Assembly: GCA_004022145.1 (NCBI GenBank)
Contig: RCNU01000003.1
Length of the DNA: 64,000 nucleotides
Strand: one strand, 5' to 3'
From: Paecilomyces variotii
Taxonomy: Eukaryota
Below the pieces are notes generated by a model. The model was not told where the DNA came from. It worked only from the letters and a program-made list of their open reading frames with translations, and did not search any database. The translations under genes were made by a program, and so were the position numbers. This document shows positions 49,422-61,527 of the stretch, piece by piece (position 1 is the first letter of the stretch; every line of letters begins with the position of its first letter).

Positions 49422-52400
49422 ATGTCCGAGCATCAGGACATAAGAAAGGCTCCAGTAAAACAAGACGAGATCAGATCGAACACGGAACATGATCTCGACA
49501 AAGCGGAGAATGCAAGCCATGTCCGTCCAACGTCCGGGAGTACGCTCCTTCCAAGGCCTGTTGCATCCTTGGTATCCTTCTTTGCGCAATCGACTTCGCT
49601 TTCTCTCCGACTGGGTAGTCTATTCGGTGGAGCAGCGATTGATGGAGCCAGAGTGACAACCCTGACGGGTCTGGAATTAAGCAGGGCGGTTATCGAAGGC
49701 ATCTTGACCCGGGCTGGGCGAGATATCGCTATCAGAAGTCATGGTGAATTGGGGAGGGCAGAGGCAGAGTCTCTCTTCGAGAGAAGTGTAAGCTCAACCC
49801 CAGAAGATTTTCTGCATAGAGTTTATTGTTGATTGAATATTTTCATAGCTTGCGACTTTGCATTCAACAGTCACCTCCGCGTCCTTCTTTGCATCCGCGG
49901 GCTTTCATCTCTCTTCCGCAACTCTGTCGTCGGTCTCAAATCTTTCACAAAGCCTACTGTTCGCCCTGGACTCGATACTGGGTTCTACAGAGTCGTCACG
50001 AGCTATCGCGGCAATTATAACTCTGATTCGAAAGGAATTTAATGGTATGGAGATAGATAACGAAGGACAGAAGATTGGCGTGGGAGATCTATTAGTAGGA
50101 TCAATTGGGTTTGCCTTGCTTCAACGCTGGGGAAAGAGGAATACAGAGAGAGAGATCCGTGAAGGCGGCGGAGAAGAGACTGTCTGGGATGTGGTCATTC
50201 TGGATAACGGTGTGAGAGCCGATGTCATAGGGACTCAGCAGATCGGATACACGAATGAACCTCAGGACAACTTCGATGGTGAATCCCGGCGTCCAGCTTC
50301 GTTCTTGTCTCCCGGGAAAGACGAAGAAGCTTTCGATGCTGTCGAGCGAGAGAGGGCCTCGGCTGCTGTTCTCCGTCATCCTCATCTAGACCTGTCCGCC
50401 GAGAGTCAACATCAGATATCAGATGATGATATCAGACGCTACATCATGAGTCAACTACCTGAAGGGTGTCACGCATCTATCAAAACGGAGACTGTCACTG
50501 CGCGCACCATTACTGTGGACATTTTTGATGACGATACTGAGATCACTGCTCCCCCCGGTACAATGTTGATTGAAGAAAGGTTTCATCATGATCCTAGCTA
50601 CATGCCTGGAAAAGAATCGCGGAATACTGCAAACGCTCCAAAACATACTGTGGTGTTCAGAACGGCGTTGAACCGGTCTCAAAGTGCAGAGTTGCGCCGT
50701 GAAGAGTCTAGTGGCCCTCCGACTTCCTCTGGGTTCGAATCAGGTGAAGAGCATACTATTTCTGGGGACACGGATAATAGCCATATGTGGCACTCTTTTG
50801 CTACTGAAATCACAGATATGGACTATCCTGACAGCCATAGAGCTTCGGTAGCAAATAATCGTGATAGAAACGACAGGCCGTCTAACACTGCCCTCGACCA
50901 AGCTTCTGATTTCCGTGAAGATATCATTAAGGAGGACTCTCTGCTTCAACCACCTTCAGAAGAGAGAAAAATCACCTCGAACACGTCGAGACCTGTCACT
51001 CACAAACGCCCTCGCAACAAACAAAGCTCCTCCTCGTTAAGCGGTAATGAAAAGGGGACGTCCGGAAAGAAGTCTCTTTCAAAATTCGCCCAAAAAGTCA
51101 AGCAGACCGCTGAAGAGAGATCAGAACATAAAAAGAGGGCGCCTGCTAAGTCGGGATCAAGAGCCCGCCCTGGCCGGCCTTCTGATACCTCCCAGAGCAA
51201 AGAGAAGGAGCCTAAAGACGCTGGCTTGAAGAGGGCGTCTGCTCCTCATGGTCTATTTAGAACGCAAACCTCCAGGATTAAGCCATCACCGAATGCGCAC
51301 TATCCTAGTGAACCAGGCGTAACACCTCCAGCAGTGAACAGGAACAAACCTCAACCGCGGTTACCAGTTAGTCCTACGTTGAGGTCTACTCCGTCCCCAA
51401 CCGCTAGAAGGCACCCCCGCGATCTCCATGGGCGAACACCGTCAAGGTCAGATTATTATTCCGTGCGTGAGAAGAGCAGGGAGTCTTTCATTGCGCAGAC
51501 AGACAGCTACTCTGTACGATCTGTCGATACGCGGCCTGGATCTGCTCTCGCTAAGACCCATCTTCGAAGCGATAGTGCCCTGTCTGCTACGTTATCGGAG
51601 AAAGATATGATGGTGTCTGCCGATGGCGAAGTTCGCCCAGGCTCATCCACGATACACAGAAGATCAGGATCATTTGTGCCTAGCATTTATTCTCTAGCGA
51701 CGGCGGGATCACAGGCATCCCTTATACTTGCTCCTCGCCCACGTAAGAGTGTCTACGATGATCAAGCAACACTGATAGAGCTTAGCCGCAATGGCACGGT
51801 GCCTGGCATATTTCCGGCAAATCATTTAGTGCATAACGTTCGGCGTTTCTGCCGCTTCGCATCTGCATCATACGGTTCAAACGCTCTTAAAGTGATGGGA
51901 ATTTCCCAGGCGACAAAAGCCATTAGCTCTATACGTTCAGATCATCATGAGCATTGTTCATTTTCGGACCACACCGGCCTTCCTCCTAGCACAATACTCC
52001 TATCATCCTTTGTTGATCCAGAAGGCGGCTCGAACTCCAAAGGCGAGACGGGAATGGGATTTCCCCTTGTCCATTATCTTTCTATAGATCACGAGTCTAA
52101 AGCCATCATCTTGACACTAAGGGGGACATGGGGCTTTGAGGATATCTTGACAGACGTGACTTGCGACTATGATGACCTCGAATGGCAGGGGAAGAACTGG
52201 AAAGTTCACAAAGGAATGCTTGCCTCGGCACGGCGCCTCCTGGAAGGTGGCGGTGGCAGGGTCATGCTGACTATCAAAGCGGCATTAGAGGAATTCGTCG
52301 ACTATGGTGTCATATTCTGTGGACATTCTCTTGGTGGTGGTGTTGCGTCCTTACTTGCAATACTGATTTCCGAACCAAATACTGGCTCTAATGGTCCATC

Positions 52401-53100
52401 ATTTGTCACTGCTTCTTCCCTGTCGGCAGCCAGGCCGCTGCTGCTAACAGCAGGCCACCGAGAACAAGAACAAGCCCATATGGCATATTCGTTACCCTCT
52501 GGTCGCCCGATCCATGTTTATGCCTATGGGCCCCCCGCAGTGATGTCCCCGTTTTTAAGACGGGCAACGCGTGGATTGATAACAACCGTGGTCAACGGCC
52601 AGGATGTGGTTCCGAGTCTCTCGCTTGGTATCTTACATGATGTGCATGGGGTCGCGCAGGCTTTCAAAACCGACACCTCCGGCGCCAAGTCGCATATCCG
52701 ATCTCGAATATGGGAGGCACTGAAGCAGAGCATTATCAACAAATTTTATGTGAACCAACCCCCCATAATAGTCAATGCTGGAGAGGAAGCCGGCGATGAC
52801 GCCTGGGCCTGGGCGGCGTTGAAGACTCTACGTGCAGAGATGGTGGCACCGAAACTTGTGCCGCCAGGGGAAGTATTCGTTGTCGAGACAATGCGTGTTT
52901 TGCAACGAGACGCCTTTACTTCAAATGTAGGCAATGATGGCTTTCTCGGACGGCCTGCCACCAGAGTGCAGTTTAAATTTGTCCGTAATGTCGAGGCCCT
53001 ATTCTCAGAGCTGAGATTTGGTTCAGGTATGCTGGGGGATCACAATCCAGCTAGATATGAAGCTAGCCTTGCAGCCTTAGCTCGTGGCGCTTTGGATTGA
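49422..53100 (+). CDS. Class-3 (DAG-lipase-like) lipase with long low-complexity N-terminal region
   Basis: Exons 49422-49787 and 49849-53100. Motifs LRGTWGFEDILTD, VHKGM, GHSLGGG, YAYGPP, QDVVPSL and GDH. Confidence 0.88.
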
Positions 53101-53877
53101 CTTGCGAGTCACGGACGAAAATATCGAATCTTTCATGCAACTCTGTAAAAATCGACATGTCGTTTATGGATCTGGCTCATTCCATCATGCGAGCTAACTG
53201 GGGTAATGACAGGATATGGTGTTCTCAGAAGGATTTTGTGATTGCAAGACAGATATATACCCAGCTGGTGACACGACACTCGTTTGATTTCATTTCAGTT
53301 TCGTCGGCACATATTAGATAGATATATAGACAACGAGAATAGGATACATATTTTCATGTATATAATCCTGAATATTTCCAGCCGTATTGCTCTGAGGTCT
53401 TCAACGTATATTCCTCCATGGCGAATCCAATCGCCAATATACCAATATAGGCGCGGATTGCCACATGGGAAGATTCGACTAGGATTCCGGCATGTCTCCT
53501 ACGCACCCTGGTCATTTGCCGTCGGATTCAGCTTCAGCTCCATTGTTCTTCACTCAGAGGCCCGGCAGACAGGCGGAAGTCATTTAGCTTCGACCATGGC
53601 AGCCTTCGCTTGCACCTGCGGAACAGTACAGCAGGTATCGGGGGAGCGTGCCCCGGGAGGAACTAGCAGACTCGATCTACCAGATCCCTCTGCCCTTAAT
53701 GGACAGTGATGCCGTCATGGCTCCTGGATTTGCAAATGCACGTTCAACCGATCACCTCTGGAATGGACAGCAATGATAACCTGCCCGCAACTGAGCTAGA
53801 ATCCGCCGAACAAGAACCGATGGAGTGCATTCGTCGATGGTAAGAGAGTCTCAATGCTATCCTTGCCGTTGCCCCAA

Positions 53878-54319
53878 TCATCCTTCATCTGGCCTCTGTC
53901 CGGGAGCCACACCGAGACCCTTTCTTTTCTTCTCCTCAGCACGGGTCTCTAAGTCTTGGATCTGTTTCTGGACCGTGTTTCTTTTCGTGACTAGTTCGTT
54001 GCGCAGAGTTCGGAGAGATTCGATGTGGTCATCGATGGGGGTTTCCTTGCGTTGTTTCTCTGCCTATATGAAATAAACATGTATATTAGCCGTTGACCTA
54101 TGTTTGCCATGACTAATTGACTAGATAATTGACTAGACAGTCCCGTAGTCGATTGGGAATGAATTAACGAATGAAGAAGACATTGTCCGGTCGTACCTGC
54201 TTGGCTTCTTGCTCGGTCTTCAGTCCTGCTCCGTAGAGAGTACCCGCGATGGTGATCGTGGTTACAGCTGCAGTCAAAACTAGACGTTTGAATTTTTGGG
54301 TGGATGCCGTGGATGCCAT
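53878..54319 (-). CDS. Small (102 aa) single-TM plus coiled-coil protein, possibly mitochondrial
   Basis: Exons 54197-54319 and 53878-54063 with a GTACGA..GCTAAT..TAG intron. Reads MASTASTQKFKRLVLTAAVTTITIAGTLYGAGLK..IESLRTLRNELVTKRNTVQKQIQDLE. Confidence 0.75.
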
Positions 54320-54837
54320 TCTTTTTATAACATGTGTATTAACTTGCTTGCGTGGTATCAATTGGTGTTGGCAGTCGACCAAGTTCAAATAGCGAGGACT
54401 TCATAATGAGAGCTGGGTACTCTATTTATTTGCGGGAAACTCCGAGAAACTGCCATGACAGACCGCCTGCCTTTTTGGAAGGTTTCAGAGATTGCGACGC
54501 TTGATCACTCACAGTATGTTATCTATTTATGTGCCGATTGTTAAAAGCATTAGGGTTTGTTAAATGATATGGAACAGGGTGAAATAATGCCGACAGCCCC
54601 TCCAGGCGCGCAGTCATAAGAAAGAGTGTACAGTGCGGACATGCATTGCCCGCGCATCGAAAACATCAAAAATAAATTGGTGGAGTACATCCGCCGCGGC
54701 GTTAACCCTCAGAGCTTTGCACCTGTGAGAATCCAATAGTCCATGATCAGAAGCTCTCTTATACCCTTTCGGTCATTTCCTAAACATTCTGCTTTCCCTT
54801 TGAGGAACATCTCTAAGGGTATTTCTATCGCCACAAG

Positions 54838-56760
54838 ATGGCGCGTTCCAGGCGAAAAGTTGCTCCAGACCCCTCGTCATTAACAGGCAAACCTCTCTCT
54901 GAGACCCTTACACCTTCACCGTTGAAATTCAGAGAAGAAGGATGGGTCACGTCTCCAGACCTGATAAGAGAAGGGCTGCCGTTTGTTCCACAGGTCATGT
55001 ACAACCTGACCAGTTTTTTATTGGGAAACCCGAACAAAAACTCCAGCCATCTTTTCCGAGCCGACATCTTGTTCGACAGCGAGGGTAGGCTGAAGACACC
55101 TAAGGAAAGAGAACTATCATTTGCGCAGAACCAAGATGCAGATACGGACATAGAGGACGTCAAACCGCTCCCTCCAGCGGAAGTATCAGGTTTCGAGTTA
55201 ACAAGGACCGTTGTGAGAAGGTTCATACCTAGAAATCCCCAGCTGGACCGTGCCCTAGAGCAGACGTGCCATTTTTATTCTGGATCTGCTAGAAGTGTTT
55301 TGAATGGAGAGACGGATGGAGACGAAACACATGATGACACGAAAATCGACCGGTTGCTTTTCGTATATACTCCTCATGTCTCCTCGAAGGATGATCTCCC
55401 CTGGTATCATCCGCTACTCCGTTCATTAGCTTTCCTTTACGACTTCAAAAGTGATTCTACAGTAACAACATCACATCAATCTGCACATTCCGGGTCATTG
55501 TCTATACATTTCTTGCCATTTTACGATTCTGAAGAACCAATCCCGACTCGCCTCGAACGTACACTTCAGGCTCTGCTGGCAACCCAGATCCGACTGGCTC
55601 GAATAACACGTTCTTCTGATACCACTGAAGGTGGAAATTATAATCCTTCGAAGGACAATGTTCTACCGCAACACCGGATACAGAACACCTACTCCCGACT
55701 AAAGATCAAATATGGCTCTCATCTCTGTGAAAATTGGGTTGAGGAGACGGAACCTTCGAAACATGTCTTCGAGGATTTAGCGATTACAGCGTTTCTCATA
55801 GAGCTATGGCGTTCTATGTACGGGGTAGCACCCGAAGCCGAGAAGGATGGCAAAAGCAGTGGGGAATCCAAGAGTGATTTCCCTGGGTTCGTCGACGTCG
55901 CTTGTGGTAACGGGGTTTTGGTATATGTTTTGCTTATGGAGGGTTATAAGGGATGGGGGTTTGATGCTCGCCGGCGTAAAACCTGGAGCATATTCCCTCA
56001 ATCCGTACAGGAGTGTCTCAAGGAGTCAATATACGTCCCCAAGCCATTTGGAGACGCTATAGTGGCCCGCGGAGAGAGCAACATGCTAGACATAGGTGTA
56101 TCAGCTCACACTGGGATTTTCCCGAAAGACACCTTCATAATCTCGAACCATGCTGACGAACTGACTGTCTGGACACCACTTATGGCGGCCCTGTCTCAGC
56201 CTGAATCTCCGCTGCCTTTTCTCGCCATACCATGCTGCTCCCATTCTCTATCAGGAGCACGCCATCGATACCCACCCCCGAAAACTGGAAAAAGGAACGG
56301 ACACACTGTTGACGAAGAAGTGGAACAGAACCCACAGCCTGCGAGTGGCGACCTGAAAGCCTTACGAGCTGCCAAAATGGAAGAAAAAACTGATGCTGGA
56401 ATGCTGAAGTCAATGTATGGTTCACTTACGGCGAAGACAATGAGCGTCGCGGAAGAAGTTGGTTACGAAGTCGAGAAGACATTACTTCGGATACCGAGTA
56501 CACGAAATATGGGAATAATTGGAGGTCGACAGCAGGTGCAGCAACGCTGGGACAAGTCACATAAGCAAGACGACGAAGAGGGACGATGTGACGATGAGGT
56601 CGCTTCATCTGTTACTGAAAAAATCAAGATGATTGTTCAACGGGAATGCATGCGGGAAGGAGGCGTCGAAGAAGCTGCAAGGATATGGATAGATAGGGCT
56701 AAGGGACTAAACAAGGGTCAAGGGAAAGGGGGCCATAAGGGTAAATCGGAATCTGAATGA
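54838..56760 (+). CDS. trm44: tRNA(Ser) Um44 2'-O-methyltransferase (DUF1613)
   Basis: Motifs [18 protein letters not shown] (SAM binding), [22 protein letters not shown] and LRIPSTRN. Confidence 0.9.
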   Translation: MARSRRKVAPDPSSLTGKPLSETLTPSPLKFREEGWVTSPDLIREGLPFVPQVMYNLTSFLLGNPNKNSSHLFRADILFDSEGRLKTPKERELSFAQNQDADTDIEDVKPLPPAEVSGFELTRTVVRRFIPRNPQLDRALEQTCHFYSGSARSVLNGETDGDETHDDTKIDRLLFVYTPHVSSKDDLPWYHPLLRSLAFLYDFKSDSTVTTSHQSAHSGSLSIHFLPFYDSEEPIPTRLERTLQALLATQIRLARITRSSDTTEGGNYNPSKDNVLPQHRIQNTYSRLKIKYGSHLCENWVEETEPSKHVFEDLAITAFLIELWRSMYGVAPEAEKDGKSSGESKSDFPGFVDVACGNGVLVYVLLMEGYKGWGFDARRRKTWSIFPQSVQECLKESIYVPKPFGDAIVARGESNMLDIGVSAHTGIFPKDTFIISNHADELTVWTPLMAALSQPESPLPFLAIPCCSHSLSGARHRYPPPKTGKRNGHTVDEEVEQNPQPASGDLKALRAAKMEEKTDAGMLKSMYGSLTAKTMSVAEEVGYEVEKTLLRIPSTRNMGIIGGRQQVQQRWDKSHKQDDEEGRCDDEVASSVTEKIKMIVQRECMREGGVEEAARIWIDRAKGLNKGQGKGGHKGKSESE

Positions 56761-56977
56761 TCAGCCTTGCAATACTAGCGGCCTCATGCATAGAATTACG
56801 ATACAGGCAGAGAACGTAGCGTTTGCTAATGTTTCAAACTTTGAAGTATATACAGTGTTGGTACGGACAAAAAAGTCGTTTTGGTTCTCTCCAAATTGGA
56901 AGGTAACCGATATTGGATGGCCAGCGGGCTGATCGCATTCCAGAAATGCCACGAATACATGCGATCTCTAACGGCGA

Positions 56978-58549
56978 TCACATCATTGCTTTCATATCAC
57001 CCCCATATTGCACCCTCCTCATCACATCCCTTGTGCACTCCGCGACAGTTCTGATTCCGGAAAGCCCCATACTCTGATAAAGGTCCGCCAACAGTCCTTG
57101 TAAGACGGACCTCGCTCCATTCTTGCCGTCAATTGCCAGTCCGTAGATGACGGGTCGGCTCACGAGCACTGCTTTTGCCCCAAGTGAAAGGGCTTTGATC
57201 ACATCAACACCGGTTCTGATGCCCGAATCAAAGAGGACAGTCATTTTGTCTCCAACAGCATCTACGATTTCTGGTAAAACTTCAAGAGAACCAATTGCCC
57301 CATCGACTTGGCGACCTATTGGAGAGATTGGAGAGTAAGCTAAGACGGAACGACAGTCACGGATCCTGTGCTGGTGGAAAGAGTAGACATACCTCCGTGG
57401 TTAGAAACAATTATACCATCGCAACCTGCTTCGAGGGCCAGTTTGGCGTCATGCACATGCTGGATTCCCTTGAGTACGATCGGGCCATCCCAGTTCTTCC
57501 GCAGAAAGGAGATCTGATCCCAGGTATGAGGCTTCCCAGAGAACACATCTGAGATCCACGCCCTTGAAGCGCCTTGGACATCCTCCTCTACTTCGCACCC
57601 AGACTCTGCCTTGAATTTGGCACGGAAGACAGGGTCACTAAACCCTATCTGATTTCCTACCCCTCTAATGAAAGGGATGTAGGCATTATCAAGATCCGCT
57701 GGACGCCTGCAGGCTTCTCGTTAGTATTGGATTGAAACGAAGAATATGATAATGAACATCCAAAGACCCTACCAAGCGAGAGACCATGTATCTAATGTTA
57801 CGACGAGGACACTGTAACCATTTTCTTTGGCCCTTTTGAGCAGAGAAACTGTCACTGCATCATCTAATGGCCAATATAGCTGATACCACCTCTTCCCGGC
57901 GCCGTTTGCGGCAGCCACTTCCTCAATTGAGGAACTACTAGCAGTACTCAAGATATACGGGACATCCAACTCGCCACAGATTTCTGCGACACCAGTTTCC
58001 TTGTCCTCGTGGAAGAGCGATTGAACCCCGACTGGGGCCATGAGTAGCGGCGTGGGATACTTTTGGCCAAATAATTCGACGGAAATATCCTGGCCGTCCA
58101 TCTATACGATGTCGAATGTTGTTATCAGTATTATCCTGAACGTTCATTGCCTTGAAAAGTATCCATTATACACATACCGGCTTCATCATCCTTGGGATCC
58201 TATTCGAAAAATTCAGTACGAGTTTTCCTTACACATCAGAAACTGATATTTGCAAGAGACACATATATCCTTCCACGCGGACACCGAGGAAGGGCTTTCG
58301 ACAGAAGCAATATACACGAGGAAAATAATGCAGAACCTACAGTTTCCATTGGCGAAAGGCCAAGCGATTGCTGTCCATAGTCGCTTTCTCTCCGGCTCCT
58401 CCAGCGACATAGTTAAATGATCGCGACCCCAAGGCTTTTTTCGCGTGTTCTTCCAAGAGACGGGGGTCGGTCGTCACCGTCGGCTTGACGTTCATTAAAA
58501 ATCCCTTACCGTAAATTTCCGTCTGGAAAGCTCCATAGTTTTCCGACAT
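56978..58549 (-). CDS. FMN-dependent alpha-hydroxy acid oxidase (lactate 2-monooxygenase-like)
   Basis: Exons 58341-58549, 58178-58199, 57773-58101, 57393-57706, 56978-57315. Motifs YVAGGAG, MAPVG, WYQLY, VTLDT, VLKG, SNHGGRQ and DSGIR. Confidence 0.92.
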
Positions 58550-59620
58550 GTTGGTGTCTGCGTTCTAGTTTCCGTTTAGAATGATAAAAAAGCTGATGGA
58601 TCGTCGGGATTTTCGCAATGGTAGAATCTGGAAACTAGACGTGTTGCAAAGTCGCGGGGTTAGCTAAGTAGAGGTGAGTTAGTTACCAGTTGTTGGTGTT
58701 TAGCCGATGAGATTATTGATCATCGCTCCTCGGCAACCTCGGAGCTTCAGGTACTTACATACAACCACTAACGGTTCCTGTAAGGAAATTTGCCCTCTGC
58801 GTCACACTCATTGAGACCCTGCTAATGCGAATTTGCATGCTGTGTCAAAATATACATTGCTCGGAGAATGGTGTCTACCTGAAATTGTCGATGTCAAGTA
58901 TCATGACCTGGGGGAAACCCTATCGCAAAGTGAAATAAGTACATAATGCGGGGGTGGATACCTAGTCCCGGGAAATTATCTCGTCTCCTTTTGCTTCATC
59001 GCAGTTTTTCTGACCTGTTTTTCTAGTTTCGATTTTACTCTAATATTGTTTTTGTCCCTCTTCTTAATAGAATGCCTTATATGTCAATATATGCTCGAAA
59101 CAGCGAGTAGTCCCGAGAGACAATACTCATGTTAGGAAACGGAATATCTCTGCCGTTGTCGGTAGCAGCTGTGGGGATGGCCTATCTAGATGCCTGATAC
59201 AGTAAGGACTAGTGAAGGAAACCAAAGAGAATAAGAACACCATCCATAATTATTGACCAGTATGACTAGTGTACCTGACCCTGTAGGCGCTCTCGCCACT
59301 CTGTCATTGATTAAGGACGACTCTTGCCTTTTGCCGATTTGTGCCATGCACAATCTCTCCATCTGCCGCCTCGAAGCGCCTAGGCAAAGTATCCTGAACC
59401 AGTATAACTACACCTACTGGACGTTTCTGGCAATCGAATCCGAAACTACGTTGTTGCTGCGGGATGGCGCAGGGTTGCTCTATATCTTACCCGATAAGCC
59501 CAATTGATGAAGATAGGAGAGATGGATTTCCACACATATTTCTAGCCACATTCACCTGGACGCGAGTTTGACAGCAGCGACAGAACTTCAGAAATTCTTC
59601 GAGGCAGCTAAGTAATAGTC

Positions 59621-61081
59621 ATGCCTCACAGATTTTTCCACCTTGAGCCCTTGTCCAACTTATCGGCCAAAACATGCTTGACACTGATACTTCTTGGGCC
59701 TCTTGTATTCTGCATTTGGGTGAAGATATCCCAGAAGGTATCCAATATTGGTATGTTCCGTGTATCCATCTCCGTGAGGTTTCTACTGCTGAATGTTCCA
59801 TAGGAAGGACAAATCAGGAGAAACTACCTGCACAAGGACAATTCAAGACGCCGTTGCCGGTAGCGCTCAATGATTTCAACGTGGAATCGAAGACACCGCA
59901 AGTCTACCGGCCGTTCCGCCATGGCCCGAACTTCATTACCATGGGGATTCGGAAAATGGATTGGAACGAGTGGATTGAAATGGACTCATATTTCAAATGG
60001 TACCACGATACAAAGGTATCGGAGTTAGAAAACGACTTGGACGCCCATATCAAGTACGTTGATAACGCGGTAACTCGAGACGCATGCTTCGAGGTCCTTG
60101 AGGAGCTCACTCAGTACCTTTGTCATCGTTATCCGTCCATATTCCAACTAAAAGAAAAAATTCTTCATAATGTATTGACTGGAGAAAAGTTTTCGTGGCC
60201 GGCTGGTAGGTGTATAAGTGCAATAAACGCGGGGTTTATCGTGTAGCTGATATCTATCAGCGACCCCTACCGATGCCTTAGTGACTGCTGCGAAGCTGAT
60301 ACAGGATGATATTGTTTTGATGGTGGAGAATGACGGTAAGCCAATTATAATGCTGTTATCTCGGCAGAGCTAACGTAGCGAAGATGGACGGTATCATCTA
60401 GATGCAGGGGCTGTTTGCTTACCCGGCTTCTGGCGTCTTAAGGAGAAGTTTCGAATGTCTCTCGACACGCTGCACCTTGAAGCGGGAGTTCCACATTATG
60501 AACAGAAGCTTCAGAAAGCTATGAATCGGTTCTTCAAAAACCTTACCCCGGAGAAGCCAGTGACGCGGAACAATGTAAGCATGGATCTTGGGCTCTCAAT
60601 CATAATGGGACTGACAAAATTGTAGTATTTTATCAAGCTCGACGATGGACTTCACTGGTCACATCGAATGGGAAACCAGGACGGTGATGAAATTGCCTGT
60701 AAGTCCAAAGAACATGAATTAATAGATTAACATGACGAAAACTAATAGGAGTCAGCATGGGCCACATCTGATAGCTCTGACCTGACTGTCGAAGAACTGC
60801 ACTTCCGATCAGAGCGTCAGACACTGAGACGACTGCCAAGGTCGAAAGCTTTACTATTTACTGTGAGGACGTATTTTGAGCCGATTACAACAATCGCTCA
60901 AGAGCCTCACGTTCCTGGTCGTCTCGCCGAGGCGATTCGCGCATGGGATGACGTGGTATCTGCCTATAAAGGGAAAGAGAAATGGGAACATATCCTACTT
61001 CCGTATCTCGATGAGCAACACCAACTTCAGCAGAAAAGGGGAATCATTGAGATTACTGAGGAAGCACAGTACCCGTTTTAA
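59621..61081 (+). CDS. DUF3445/HRQ-family protein (heme-dependent oxidative N-demethylase alpha-subunit-like) with N-terminal TM
   Basis: Exons 59621-59750, 59804-60205, 60261-60335, 60384-60574, 60626-60698, 60756-61081. Motifs [40 protein letters not shown] and [17 protein letters not shown]. Confidence 0.85.
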
Positions 61082-61527
61082 AAGCGGAGCCTTACGATCT
61101 AACGAGTGCCTTCTCACCCAGTAATGTATTACAAGTCAGAACTGAAACTAAAATCTCTTGAACAAGGACGAGGAAAATATAGACATTTCAGACGATGTCA
61201 TTCTGATCCAAACTATAAGACCTGATAAGGGTGACTGCTAAACGAGTGGACGTATTCTCAATGCCTCTCCTGAACGCGGCATGTAATCGGCAATGTAGGA
61301 CTTTTTGATTAATGTGCGTTCAACGTTAAGAACCTCAATGACCGGAGTCCGCAGGTGTAAAATCCTTAAACGGTCATAACATATCACTGTAGTCATCCAG
61401 AAAGTGAGTGATGCTCTTCTCCTGGTTACCTAGAATACCATGGAAGCTTCCGGTGTTTTCGAATGCGAGTTAAAGTCTCTCGCACGTTGAGACTTTTCCT
61501 GGCTTCCATGGTTATCTTTTCTTTGGT

